Positions 13,817-26,859 of a DNA stretch of 64,000 bases are shown here, one piece after another. Source of the DNA: Hydrolagus colliei (lineage: Eukaryota). The position numbers and the translations under genes are program-made. The stretch covers positions 868,001 to 932,000 of the forward strand of contig CM068775.1 of NCBI GenBank assembly GCA_035084275.1, written 5' to 3'. Numbering within the stretch: position 1 is the stretch's first letter; every line of letters starts with the position of its first letter. The notes under the pieces are model-generated. The model had not been told where the DNA came from and did no database searches. It was given only the letters and a program-made list of their open reading frames with translations.

Positions 13817-16017
13817 AATCTAATTTCAATGAGTTGAGGTGGGACCTAGCCAAGGTGGATTGGAAAGAAAAATTGGCAGGTAAGACAACTAACGAGCAGT
13901 GGGCAGCGTTCAAAGAGGAGATAGTTCAGGCACAGGTCAAAAGCATCCCCACAAAGGTGAAATGTAAGGCATCCAAACTTCCCTGGATGACTAAGGAAAT
14001 CGGGGCCAAAATCAAACAAAAAAAAGAGGCTTATGATAAGTGCCAGGCTCAAAATTCAGAAGGGAACCAAGCAGAATATAGGAAGTGTAGGATAGAACTA
14101 AAAAAGGAAGTTAGAGGGGCAAAGAGACTGCATGAAAAACAATTAGCGAGTAAGATTAAGGGGAACCCTAAGGTTTTTTACCAACATATTAAGAGTAAAA
14201 GGTTGGTCAAGGAGAGGGTGGGGCCAATTAGGGACCTAGGAGGAAATCTCATTGTGGAGGCAGAGGGCATGGCTCATGTACTGAATGAGTACTTCGCCTC
14301 TGTCTTCACAAAAGAAAATGATACAGCCAATGCCATGGTATTAGAGGAGAGGGTAGGAGAAATGGATAGAATAATTATAACCAGAGAGGAAGTGCTAAAA
14401 AGGTTGACGTCGCTCAAGGTGGATAAGTCACCTGGTCCGGATGGGATGTACCCTAGGTTACTAAGTGAGGCACGGGAGCAAATAGCAGGGACTCTGGCCA
14501 CGATCTTTCAATCTTCCTTGGACACAGGGGTCGTGCCAGAGGACTGGAGGATAGCTAATGTTACTCCCTTGTATAAAAAGGGGCAGAAGGACAAGCCTGG
14601 TAACTACAGACCAGTCAGTCTAACGTCGGTAGTGGGCAAAATTCTAGAGTCCATAATCAGGGACAAGGTAGATCTTCACTTTGAAAGATATAGGCTAATA
14701 AAGGACAGTCAACATGGATTTGTTAAAGGCAAATCTTGCCTTACAAATCTGATAGAATTTTTTGATGAGGTAACGGAATGGGTGGATAATGGTAGCGCAG
14801 TTGATGTAGTTTACATGGACTTTCAAAAGGCATTTGACAAAGTGCCACATGAGAGACTTATTATGAAATTAAAGGCCCATGGCGTAAAAGGGACAGTGGC
14901 AGCGTGGATCCACAACTGGCTGCGAGACAGAAAGCAGAGAGTTGTAGTGAGCGGCTGTTTTTCAGATTGGAGGGAAGTGAGCAGTGGTGTGCCACAGGGA
15001 TCGGTTTTGGGACCATTGCTGTTTGTAATCTACATCAATGATCTGGACTTGGGTGTACGGAGTACAGTTTCCAAGTTTGCAGATGACACTAAGTTAGGGA
15101 GAATAGTAAACAGTGAGGAGGATAGTAGCCATCTGCAAGAGGATATAGACAAATTGGTAAAGTGGGCAGACACATGGCAGATGAAGTTTAATGCAGAGAA
15201 GTGTGAGGTGATGCATTTTGGGAGAAGAAATGAAGGGAGGCAATATAGGCTAGATAGTACAATTTTAAATGGTGTGAAGGAACAGAGAGACCTGGGGATT
15301 TGTGTTAGTGACTCGTTGAAGGTGGCAGGACAGGTAGACAAGGCTGTTAAGAAGGCATATGGGATACTAGGCTTTATAAATAGGGGTATAGAGTACAAAA
15401 GTCAGGAAGTGCTGACTAACCTCTATAGGACTTTGGTGAGGCCTCAGCTGGAATACTGTGTTCAATTCTGGTCACCACACTACAGAAAGGATGTGAAGGC
15501 ATTGGAAAGGGTACAACGAAGATTTACTAGGATGGTGCCAGGATTGAGGGACTTCAGCTATGAGGAGAGGCTAGATAGGCTAGGGTTATTCTCTCTGGAG
15601 CAGAGAAGATTGAGGGGAGACCTAATAGAGGTTTATAAGATCATGAGGGGTTTCGACAGGGCAAATAGAGAAAAACTATTTCCACTCGTGGGTGAATCTG
15701 TGACTCGTGGTCACAGATTTAAAATAGTTTCAAGGCGCAGTAGAGGGGAGCTGAGGAGAAATTTTTTCACTCAGCGAGTTGTTCGAATCTGGAATGCATT
15801 GCCTGAAAAGGTGGTGGAGGCTGATTCGATAACAACTTTTAAAAGGGAATTAGATCTTTATTTAGGAAGAACGGGTTGATTAGGCTATGGGGAGCGGGCA
15901 GGGCAATGGGATTGAATCGCTCTTTTCAAAGAGCCGGCACAGACTAGATGGGCCGAATGGCCTCCTTTTGTGCCGTAAAATTCTATGATTCTATGATTCT
16001 ATGATTCTATGATTCTA
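13817..16017 (+). mobile_element. 5'-truncated CR1 LINE with uninterrupted 681-aa ORF2 portion (complete RT domain)
   Basis: NYRPVSLTS, DFQKAFDKV, PQGSVLGP, FADD motifs with no stops. (tctatgat)n tail at ~15980-16017. Confidence 0.95.
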
Positions 16018-16935
16018 AGTTCCAGTTTATCCTTTCTCATACTTCTTTCTTGAATCAATCTCTATCCAGTTCATTAGGTCACCTATCAATGATTGTCCTT
16101 TGCAAGATGGTTCCTGTGCAAAAGCAAATGCAGCACAGCTCCCTCTCAAACTGCAGACCATTTCTCCATGAGAAAATTATTGATGGGGACTGAAACACTT
16201 TGTTGTTGATAAACAATCTTTTGTTTTTTCTGCAAAGCTAATGATAACTAAGTCCTATCACATACGATTGATTAGATATGTCTCATATATGTATATCTGC
16301 TAATATATTTGAGATATTATTTAACACATTAATTACAGAGAGAAGACAATCGAATAGGACATTGGAATAGTCTTGCCGTGAGGATATAAAGGCATGGACC
16401 AGGGTTGTGGCAGCTTTTGGAGTGAGATATTGGCGGAAACCAGTGATGTGTCGGAGATGGAAGAAAGTGGTGCTGGTGAGGGACTGGATGTGGAGGAGGA
16501 AGGATAATTGGGGGTCAAACATGATGCCTAAGTTGCATTTGAGTTTGGAGATGTTTGGCAGCATGTCAGGTCGGTGGAGGATATGAGAGCCATGGGATTC
16601 GACGAGAGCCAAAGAGTATGGCCTTCATGTTGGTAGCACATCCCAATTCCAACTTCTACATTGGTTTGTGTGAAATGAACTCTGTAATGTAAATTTACTA
16701 CTGTAAAAGTCTGTTTATCCATGACCTGACCTCAACCGTAACTTCTGTATAACCAGCAACTCAAAACAAAGGTCCCCATTCGAATAACCAAATCTTACCT
16801 GGCACAATCTCGGTGGCGCATTTAATGAGTCGATTGTCGCACGGGAGTACAGTACAATTAGTTCTGAATGCTCCCGGTAGTGGTACTTCCATTTTTTCTT
16901 ATTAAAGCCGCTGTCAGTTTTCCATTCCTCTCTTC

Positions 16936-17197
16936 NNNNNNNNNNNNNNNNNNNNNNNNNNNNNNNNNNNNNNNNNNNNNNNNNNNNNNNNNNNNNNNNN
17001 NNNNNNNNNNNNNNNNNNNNNNNNNNNNNNNNNNNNNNNNNNNNNNNNNNNNNNNNNNNNNNNNNNNNNNNNNNNNNNNNNNNNNNNNNNNNNNNNNNNN
17101 NNNNNNNNNNNNNNNNNNNNNNNNNNNNNNNNNNNNNNNNNNNNNNNNNNNNNNNNNNNNNNNNNNNNNNNNNNNNNNNNNNNNNNNNNNNNNNNNT
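16936..17197. other. Assembly gap (others at 54549-54736 and 61665-61802)
   Basis: Runs of N. Confidence 1.
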
Positions 17198-17856
17198 ACT
17201 ACATATTGCCTGTATAGGCTGACTGTATCATGGGTTTATACACTGTTTGGGTGGGCAGTTGAGTGGGAGAAGGAGAGAGGCTGGCAGAAAGAGGGGGTGA
17301 GAAAGAGAGGAGTGGGAGAGAGAGGTAGGTGAGAGAGGGAGGGGGTGTGAGTTGATTAATTTAGATGGATATAAGAGGAGAGCAGTGCGGTTGGGTTTGG
17401 AGCCAATGAGATGCCAGACTGCCTGAATGTGTATGTGAAAGAGAGAGAGGGGAGGAGGTAGAGAAAGAAAGAAAAAAAAAGGAAAAACCAACAGTACCAC
17501 TTTAAGCCACTAGCATCCGCCATTGTAGAAGTTTGCTTTGTGATTGTGTGCTGTGTTTATAGACTGTAATCGATATTTATTGCTTATTGGTCGGTATCTA
17601 TACAATATTCTGTTACTATTTAGTCTATTATTAATATGGTATGTTTAAAAAAAAGCTTATGATTTTTGTGTTGCATTTTTGGCAGCTGGCCGCCGGAATA
17701 TCCGGCATTCCATTTAACCAGCATTGGCCAGGTCCCAAGGGTGCCGGGCCTTTACTGTATCTTGTTTTGCTTTTTGTTTACATGTGTTACAGTGTGTAAT
17801 TGTCAGTTATTGTGATGCTCTGTTTCTTTCATTTTCTTCACATTGTTTGGATACAG

Positions 17857-17949
17857 TGAGCAGAGAACAGGTCTGGATCACTGTGGGAACAGCTCTGGGA
17901 AGCCTGGCCTGTGTTGGAGGAGTTTTTCTCATCTACAAGATATTGGTTT
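17857..17949 (+). CDS. Transmembrane exon copy 2
   Basis: Same acceptor context as copy 1. Reads SREQVWITVGTALGSLACVGGVFLIYKILV. Candidate donors at 17950 (gtaaag) or 17955 (gtaaca), so the 3' boundary is uncertain. Confidence 0.7.
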
Positions 17950-18829
17950 GTAAAGTAACATCCTGTCCATGTGGCTCCATATTCTACCTGAACTAATCCA
18001 CGTTGAAGGCGAGCAGTCAGACTTTGGGGAAATGAAGATGTGGCAAATGTAACTTGTCTTTTTACCAAGTTCCACACCGAACCTCCAAATGACAACTGAT
18101 TAGTGACGAGACACATAAGACATACAAATTAGGAGCAGGAGTAGGCCATTCGGCCCTTCAAGCTTGCTCCGCCATTCAATAAAATCATGGCTGATCTTCT
18201 AATCTAACTCCACCTACCTGCCTTATCCCCATATCCCTTAATCCTTTTTTCCATAAGTGGACACAAAGTAAGGTTATCATAAGAGGAAACAAGCTGTAAT
18301 TTAGAGGAGACACCTTACAAACAGTGTTGTAGTGTGGAATGCCTGGCTCTTCCAACAGTAGTGTTTACTGAGAATTAGACAAACATGGGACAAAAAATAT
18401 TTAAGGTTTTGAGAAAATGCAGGTTAATTGCATTATAGAGCTCCAGCAGGGAGCACGCAATAGCACAGACCCAATGGGGAAGAGAGCAGTAAATGGGGTT
18501 AGATTAGAGAGCTGCAAAGTGGAGCAAGCAGCAGCACAGACAGGACTCAAAGCTCTGTAGCATCATGGGGATGGATGTAAAGCAAGGCACCAGGGAGATT
18601 ACCACAGAATTGGTCAAACGCGTGTGTCTTCAGTTGGAATTGAAAGATGTGCAAAGAGTGAGCAAGGCAGAGGGGCTGAGATAGGGATTTGCAGAAGTTA
18701 GGAATGTAGTGGCTAAAAGTACCATCACAGACACAATGGTGAACGAGCAGAATAAAGTGATAATGGAGCTGAGGTGGGGGGGAGTGAGCACCAGCACAGA
18801 CACGAGGGAGCAAATGATTTTCCACTTAG

Positions 18830-18939
18830 GCTGTCAATGTGTCTCAGATACCCTGAGCGGGCAGCTCAGCTGGAGATCATGTGAATGTTTCTGCTTCAGG
18901 GATGTCACCAGTGAATTAAGCTGTGACCTGGGAGAATAG
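18830..18939 (+). CDS. Candidate terminal cytoplasmic exon of the IgSF gene
   Basis: Acceptor ttttccacttag|. In frame with TM2 if the 17950 donor is used (CCQCVSDTLSGQLSWRSCECFCFRDVTSELSCDLGE*). AATAAA at 18995-19000. No transcript evidence. Confidence 0.35.
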
Positions 18940-19989
18940 AAAAGTGATTCTGCACGTTTCCTGCTACAATGGCTCTCGCCAGCCACAAACCCAGAATAAA
19001 TATAGTTTCTAGCCCTCATGGGCTCGCTGTTTACCTGACACCACTGTGGGCAGAGTGGCTCTGGACGCACCTGCGCATGAACAGTGCAAGCAACAAATGG
19101 GCTACACTCTGAGATCCATTGTGATTGTCTGTGTGTTTGTCTCTCTGTGAGTGTGTCTGTATCTCTTCTATATGTATATGTTTGTTGGAGTGTCTCTGTG
19201 AATATGTGTGTGCCTGTATGTATGTGATATTTCTTTGTGTTTATGAGTGGGTGGGTGTCACCAATGGTCACCTCAAATCCCCTCCTCCTTTCCCTCCACC
19301 GTTCCCATCCCCAAATCCAGCTCAGGAATGAAACATTGGCTGTCCAACGCCTTTGATCATCCTCGTGATGTGAAGGCACTAGACAAGTGTAAATGTGTTG
19401 TTGGAGTGTGAGTGTGTGCCTTTCCAGGTGAGAATGTCTCTGTTTCTGAGTGGATGTGTGTCTCTTTCTGAGAGTATGTTCCTATTTGGTGTGTGTGCGT
19501 GTCTCTCCGTGTCTGTGTGTGGTGCTGATCCTCAGAAGGAGGAGGAGGTGGTGAGCCTGTCTGATATCATCCCCACCCCTGCCCCCACTCACAATCCCAC
19601 AAAAAAAGCCAGGTCTCTAGCTTGTGAGACAAGTGCTCTAACAACTGAACTATTGGACTCCATGCTGAAGGCTCCAAAGCTGAAGATATTCAACTATAAG
19701 GTGGTTGAAAAGGGACCTGGCCTAATTGGATTAGGAACAAAAATTGACAGGAAAATGGTAAATGAGCAATCGGGGCATTTAAGCGGGAGGTAGTGATTGT
19801 GCACATCAAACACATTCCCATGAGGGGGAACAGTAGGGCATCCAATGTCGGTGGTCCCCGGATCACGATGGAAATTGGAATTAAAATGAAAGGTTTACAA
19901 TCAATGTAGGTTGAAAATACATTACAGAATCAAACAGGATATAGAAGTGCAGAGGTACATTGCAAAAGGATCAACAAACAACAAAATTG

Positions 19990-21050
19990 CATTTATAGAG
20001 CTCCTTTCAAGTCGGGGAGGACGTCCAAAAGCGCTGAACAGTCAGGTCGGGACTCGAGCTGGGGGAGGGGAGGGTTGGGGTAAGGGGAAGAGTTGGTCAG
20101 ACAGCTGAAGGCACGATCAAAGAGGAAGGTCTTGAGACAGGCCTTGAAGGAGGAAAGGGAGGAAGCGAGGTGGAGGGGATGCTGGATGGAGTGTCACAGT
20201 GTAGAAGCAGAGAGGTTGAAAGCCCGGCCGCCGATGGTTGGGCGGTTAGGGAAGTGGAAGCGGAGCAGGCCTGATTCTGCTGAATGGAGGGGACGGGTGG
20301 CTGATATGGAGACAGTAGGTCAGAGAGATAGGCGGGGGCAAGGCCGTTGAATGGTCTTGAAAGTGAGAACAAGGATCTTGAATTCGATGGTCTGTGTGAC
20401 GGGAGCCAGTGGAGACGCGTGAGGGTGGGAGTGATGTGGTCGCGAAGCCTGGTACGGGAGAGTACATGAACTGCAGAATTCTGAATGATCTGCAGCCCAT
20501 GAAGGGAGGAGATGGGGAGGTCGACGAGGAGAGAGTTCCCGTAGTCGAGCATGAAAGTGATAAAGGCATAGATGAGATTTTTGGCGGCGTGAGGGGTGAG
20601 CTAGTGGCAGAGTCTGGCAATATTACAGAGGTGATGGAAGGCTGTGCTGGTCATGGAGCAGATTTGGGGGAGGAAGGATAGTTCAGGGTTGAACAAGATG
20701 CCCAGATTCCTGATTGGCTTCGAGAGGTGGAGAGAGCAGCCTTGAACGCTGATGTTGTCAGTGCGTGAGGTGCAGAGGTGCTGACATGAGCCAATCAGGA
20801 GGGCTTGTTGACATTGAGTTGTAGGAAATTTGCCCTCGTCCAGGACTCAATGTTGGACAGGCATGCAGTCAGAAAGCCAGTGGTCCTGGAATCGAGGGTT
20901 GATGCGGATAGGTAGGGTTGGGTTTCATCTGCGTAGATGTGGAAATGTACCCCATGTCTATGGATGATATCGTCCAGGGGGAGAGTGTAGAGAGTGAAGT
21001 GCAGGGGGCCAAGGGCAGAGTCATGGGGAATGCTGCACGTGACTGTATGT
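19990..21050 (-). mobile_element. L2 LINE 3' fragment
   Basis: LDYGNSLL, HITPTLTRLHWLP on the minus strand. (caa)n tail at ~19975. Confidence 0.8.
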
Positions 21051-21069
21051 GGGCTGGAGGAGAACCCAT

Positions 21070-22990
21070 TGGAGGAGAATAAGTGTAGATGTGAAAAGAT
21101 TAGTGGGTGACATAAACAGGAATACTAGAGTCTTCTATCAGCACATATGTAGTATACGTATGGTCAAAGCAAGGGTGGGACCAAAAAGGAAAACTTGTTG
21201 TGGACACAGAGGGAATGGCTGTGGTAGTGAATGAGTACTGTACCTTCTATCCTCACAAAAGAAGATACCGCCACTGTCACAGTAAAGGAGGAGATAGAGA
21301 AATTGAATGTGATAAAAAATAGAGAGGAGCTACTTAGGAGGTTAGCAGCACACAAAGTAGAAAAGTCACCTGATCCCGTGGAAGTCTTCCTCAGTTTCTG
21401 AGGGACGTTAGAATGGAAATTACAGTGGATTTGGCCACAATCTTTCAATCTTCCTTGTAAATGAGAGTATTGCCTGAGGTTTGAGAGGTACCAATTCTTA
21501 CATCCCATGCAGGACCGAGTCCTCTAGCTCAGTGGTTAGAGAACTCGCCTTATAAGCAACAGACCTGGGTACAATTCCAAGCAGGGTGAAACTTTGGGCA
21601 AATTTCCTTACTCCATATTTCTGAAAATAATCCCTAACAAATATATAGTTATTTTTTCACTTCAACCGACAACTCTTTGTGGGACACTGCTATGCATAAT
21701 TGGCTGCTACAAATCGCCCACAAATGTACAGTCAATTCACTTTACAGTATCATCAGTGAAGCACTTTAAGACATCTAGAAAATGTGAAAAGCACTGTCAA
21801 ATCCATGGATTACTATTTTAGAAGCGTACAGAAATAAACCAGTTAACTACAGGCCCGTCAGCCAGTGTAGCCATGGGTATACATCAGTGGTGGGGAAACA
21901 TTTGGAGACCATAATCCTAGACAAAATAAATTTTAATTTAGAAACATTTAACTTGATTAATGACAGTGAACAGAGATTTGTTAAAATTGAATTGTGTGTG
22001 ACAAACCCAATTGAGTTTTTAATGATTTAATGGATAGCATTGATAAAGTTAATGGAGGTGATATTGTGTTTAAGTTACTGCATAATAGACGAGTCAGTAA
22101 AATTGAAGCCTATGTTATAAACGGGACAGTGTTAACATGGATACAAAATTGGCTGGGAGACAGAAAGCAGAGGGTAGTGATGGTGATTTTTTTTAGACTC
22201 AACCAAAGTGTTCAGTATTGCGTCCACTCTATTGGGTATAGAGAGAGCAAAATTTTAAAGCAGATGACAAGATGTGGGAATGTGGCAAACTGTGAGGAGA
22301 TTGGTGGTGGACTGCAGACTGGTAAAATGGGCAGATACGTGGCAGGTGAATTTTAATGCAGGGAAATGTGAGGTGTTGCTTTTTGAGCGGTAGAAAGAGG
22401 AGCGGCAATGTATAATAAATGTTATAGTTGTAACTGGGATACAGGAGCAGAGAGACCTGGGGGTGCATACACAGATACGATCAGGAGAGATTGATCGAGC
22501 TATTAATTAATAAAGCATATGGGATCCTTGGCTTTCTAAATAGAAGCATACAGTCCAAACCAAGGAGGTTCCGCTATCCCTTTCCAAGTCATTGGTTAGG
22601 CTTCAGCTGTTGTATTGTTTCCAATTCTGGGCAGCACAGTTTAGGAAGGATATTAAGGCATTGGATGGGGAGCAGAGGATATTACCAGAATGGTACCAGG
22701 GTTGATTATTTATGTGGAGACTCGAGAAATTGCGATTTTTCTCAGTGGAGCAGAGCTGGTTAAGCGGAGATTTCATAGCAGTGTTCAAAAATTATGAGGG
22801 CTTTTAGTAGAGTGGAAACTGTTACTACAGGGAGTTGGGTTAGCAACCAGGGCACATAAATTTAAGTTAATTGTCAAAAGAACCATAGTAGATGAGGAGA
22901 AATGTATTTATACAGAGAGTTGTTACAAAAACAAACAAAACTTACGTTTATATAGCGCCTTTCATGTTGAGTGAAATACACTGCTTGAAA
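21070..22990 (+). mobile_element. Old degenerate CR1 fragments with a tRNA-headed SINE (21516-21800)
   Basis: Decayed RT motifs (WIQNWLGDRKQRVV, LINKAYGILGF). SINE head gagtcctctagctcagtggttaga. Confidence 0.65.
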
Positions 22991-25519
22991 GTGTGAGGAA
23001 ACAGATTCAACAACTACTTTCAAAAGGGAATTAGATTTGTAAACTTCTGTAATTAATGTGTTAAATAATATGTCAAATATATATGTATATATTGGAGACG
23101 TGATCAATCACAAATTATGGGAGCTGATTGTGAGTAGCTTCGCAGAAGAAACAAAAGATTTCCTATACAGTTGCAGCAAGACTTCCCTAAACCTTTTGAA
23201 AAGTACGCTAGCATGCCGAGACATGAAACCAAGGCCAAATCTAAATTCAGTTAGATGTTAAAGATCCCACCGCACTTTCAAAAACAGAAGCTACTTTTTC
23301 TCTCTCCTGTTGTTCCGGTCAACAATCCTCTAAATAAATTTCCCAATCACTCTCGGCCTGTTTTGTGGGACATTGTTGTGCTCAACTTGCTTCTGTGGTT
23401 AGTCCACAAAACCATCACTCCACTTTATATTATTTCCTGTGAAGCGCTTTGTGACGTCTCACCAAAGTGATAGGCACTGAACAACAACAAAGTTGTCCTT
23501 ATATAGTGCCTTTAACCTGGGGAGGACATCCCACAGTGTCTGGTTGGGACCCGAGCGCGAGCGGAGGGTCGGGGAAGGGGAAGGAGAGTTAGTGGGGCAG
23601 CCGAAAAGGACGGTCTTGAGACCAGCCTTGATGCAGGAAAGGGAGGAAGCAAGGTGGGAGAAGCAAGGCGAAGGGGCGGAGGGATGGAGTATCCACAGTG
23701 AGGGAGTAGAGCGGCTGAAAGCCCGGCCACCGATGGTTGGGCGGTTAGGGCAGTGGATGCAGAGCAGGCCTGATTTTGCTGAAAGGAGGGTGTGGGCAAG
23801 CTGATAGGGAGATAGTAGGTTAGAGAAATAGGCGGGGGCAAGGCCTTGAAAGTGAGGACGAGGATCTTGAATTTGATGTTAATGTAATCCTGCAATGTAA
23901 TGGAATCCTGAAGCTAATATAATGATTATTATTGTATTTCTGTGTGATTGACTGTCTGCATACCTGCTAATGTAGGCTAGTTGGAGTTGTGTGTTGAGAT
24001 ATTTAAAATTTCTCCCAATGTTTACTGAAATTTTGATAACAATATTAGTATGAATTTGTATTTCCAGAAACAAACAGAGGGGTGGGGTGGGGGGAGCAGC
24101 AGCTGAATTGGCCCCAAGTTGACACAATTGTCTGTTTAAATGTAAATACAGTTTAAATATAAGATCATAATAATATTGGTTCAGCTGTGACTGTGTGAGA
24201 GAAAAACTGTTACTCTGCACAGCAATGCCTGTCCCTTTGCTGATGGATGTCACTCTCAGTTCCCTGAGCTGTAGCAGGATTTATTCCTCCTCAATTATGA
24301 ATCTCTGTGTCACATTTCAGCTGTGAAATGGTTAAATAAAAGCAGAGATATCTGTCCAGGAATCTGCACCGACTGAGAAGCATCTTAAAGTTACCACGTG
24401 ACGAGTTTCAGTTTAGAAACACGGAGATTCAGACCGTGTCTCTGTGATTATAATAGCATTAAAAATTATCCCAAGCTAGAATAGTTACTGGACCTCCTCC
24501 AACTAACAAGGTTTAAATAGGTACGCTCTCTATGTCTTTTCAAAAAGCTGCTGAAATTTAAATGTTGCTTAATTCATTTAATCTCCAATGAAATGTTAAT
24601 TAATTAATTGAGAAATTACATTTTTTTTTGCCAATAAATACTTATTTTAAGATTACACAGATCTACGGATACATTTACACATTTGTACAATTGTTTGAAA
24701 ATTTCATAGTTGAGTCTTTCTGATTTACTGACGTTTATAAAACAATTTATTCTGCGACATTTAAACGTCCTGTTTTTTAATGCTGCAGTAAATTTGACCC
24801 AGGCTGACAGACAGATAGACAGACAGACAGACGGGCAGACAGGCAGCACAGGTGATGTTAACAATGAACAACAAGTGACGCTGGTATCTGTGGGTCTGTT
24901 TCCTGCCCCTTTGGCCACTGCCTTGTTACTTATAAATAAATGTAATAAACCATTGATAAAGCCAGAGACTAGCCTAACACTGGGAGCCCGTTATATATCT
25001 TTACTTTAGAGATTTGCCTCCAATTAATAATAACCTTCAAATTAATTTGAATTTAGAATCCGGTTATTCTGAAGAACTCGGGAGAAACGTAACGCACTGA
25101 CCCCAGCTCCCAACAGCTCTGCACACACTGTCAGATATCCCTGTTCAGCCATTAGCTATTACACTGCTCAATGCTGTTTAATCAGGTCTAACACACAATC
25201 ACAGACTGATCCCTGACATCTCAAACACAAACTGTTTCCATCCAATAATCCACAAATCACTCAATATTCTCTTTCTCTCAGCCCGAAGCTCTCTCTCTCT
25301 CTCTCTCTCTCAGTAACTGCCCAGCCAGCTCACACACTGTCCTTCCACATCACAACATGAAGCATTAAACCTGGTGCAGTGTAACTCACAGTCACAATTC
25401 CCTGCAGCACAAAGTTACACACGATAAGTAAACCAAGGAATATGAAATCAATAATCCTTCCATTTGATATAATAATAATCCTTAAATTTTGATATAGTGC
25501 TTTTCACGTCTTTCATCGA

Positions 25520-26490
25520 TTAGATTCATAGATTCATAGAATTTTACGGCACAAAAGGAGGCCATTCGGCCCATCGAGTCTGTGCCGGCTCTTTGAAAAG
25601 AGCGATTCAATCCCATTGCCCTGCCCTCTCCCCATAGCCTAATAGACCCGTTCTCCCTAAATAAAGATCTAATTCCCTTTTAAAAGTTGTTATCGAATCA
25701 GCCTCCACCACCTTTTCAGGCAATGCATTCCAGATTCGAACAACTCGCTGAGTGAAAAAAATTCTCCTCAGCTCCCCTCTACTTCGCCTTGAAACTATTT
25801 TAAATCTGTGACCACGAGTCACAGATTCACCCACGAGTGGAAATAGTTTTTCTCTATTTGCCCTGTCGAAACCCCTCATGATCTTATAAACCTCTATTAG
25901 GTCTCCCCTCAATCTTCTCTGCTCCAGAGAGAATAACCCTAGCCTATCTAGCCTCTCCTCATAGCTGAAGTCCCTCAATCCTGGCACCATCCTAGTAAAT
26001 CTTCTTTGTACCCTTTCCAATGTCTTCACATCCTTTCTATAGTGTGGTGACCAGAATTGAACACAGTATTCCAGCTGAGGCCTCACCAAAGTCTTATAGA
26101 GGTTAGTCAGCACTTCCTGACTTTTGTACTCTATACCCCTATTTATAAAGCCTAGTATCCCATATGCCTTCTTAACAGCCTTGTCTACCTGTCCTGCCAC
26201 CTTCAACGAGTCACTAACACAAATCCCCAGGTCTCTCTGTTCCTTCACACCTTTTAAAATTGTACTATCTAGCCTATATTGCCTCCCTTCATTTCTTCTC
26301 CCAAAATGCATCACCTCACACTTCTCTGCACTAAACTTCATCTGCCATGTGTCTGCCCACTTTACCAATTTGTCTATATCCTATTGCAGATGGCTTCTAT
26401 CCTCCTCACTATTTACTATTCTCCCTAACTTAGTGTCATCTGCAAACTTGGAAACTGTACTCCGTACACCCAAGTCTAGATCATTGATGT
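25520..26490 (-). mobile_element. CR1 LINE 3' fragment (young family)
   Basis: 253-aa minus ORF nearly identical to the C-terminus of the 13834 ORF. Confidence 0.92.
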
Positions 26491-26859
26491 CTTCTAGAAA
26501 TTTCAAAGCGCTTCAAAGAATAAACTGTAAAGTGAATTGACTGTATACTTGTTGGCAAAATGTGGCAGCCAATTGTGCACAGCAATGTCCCACAAACAGC
26601 CATGGATTGAAATGACCAATTCCTTATTTTACATATTGCACTTTTCAAGTCTTTTAGGCATCTCAAAGCACTTAACTGAATTTACTGTAAAGTGAAATGA
26701 CTGTGTATTTTAAGATTGATAATGAAATGAGAAATTGATGCCTTTCACCTTCAGCTCAGTCTCTGTAGTTTGAGCTGATCAGCTCTGAAATCTGCTTTCA
26801 GATTTTGCTGTCAGCGACCAGTGTCACTGTGTGTTAAACATCTCATTTCACCCACAAAT

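Noticed and set aside
18834-19379. 181-aa minus ORF with an apparent donor (~19033) and acceptor (~18930)
   Set aside because: No recognisable domain, the spliced reading hits stops quickly, and part is (CA)n-derived.
19395-19793. Plus ORF with KEEEVVSLSDIIPTP as an extra cytoplasmic exon
   Set aside because: Splice signals are ambiguous, it lies beyond the AATAAA at 18995, and there is no signalling motif.
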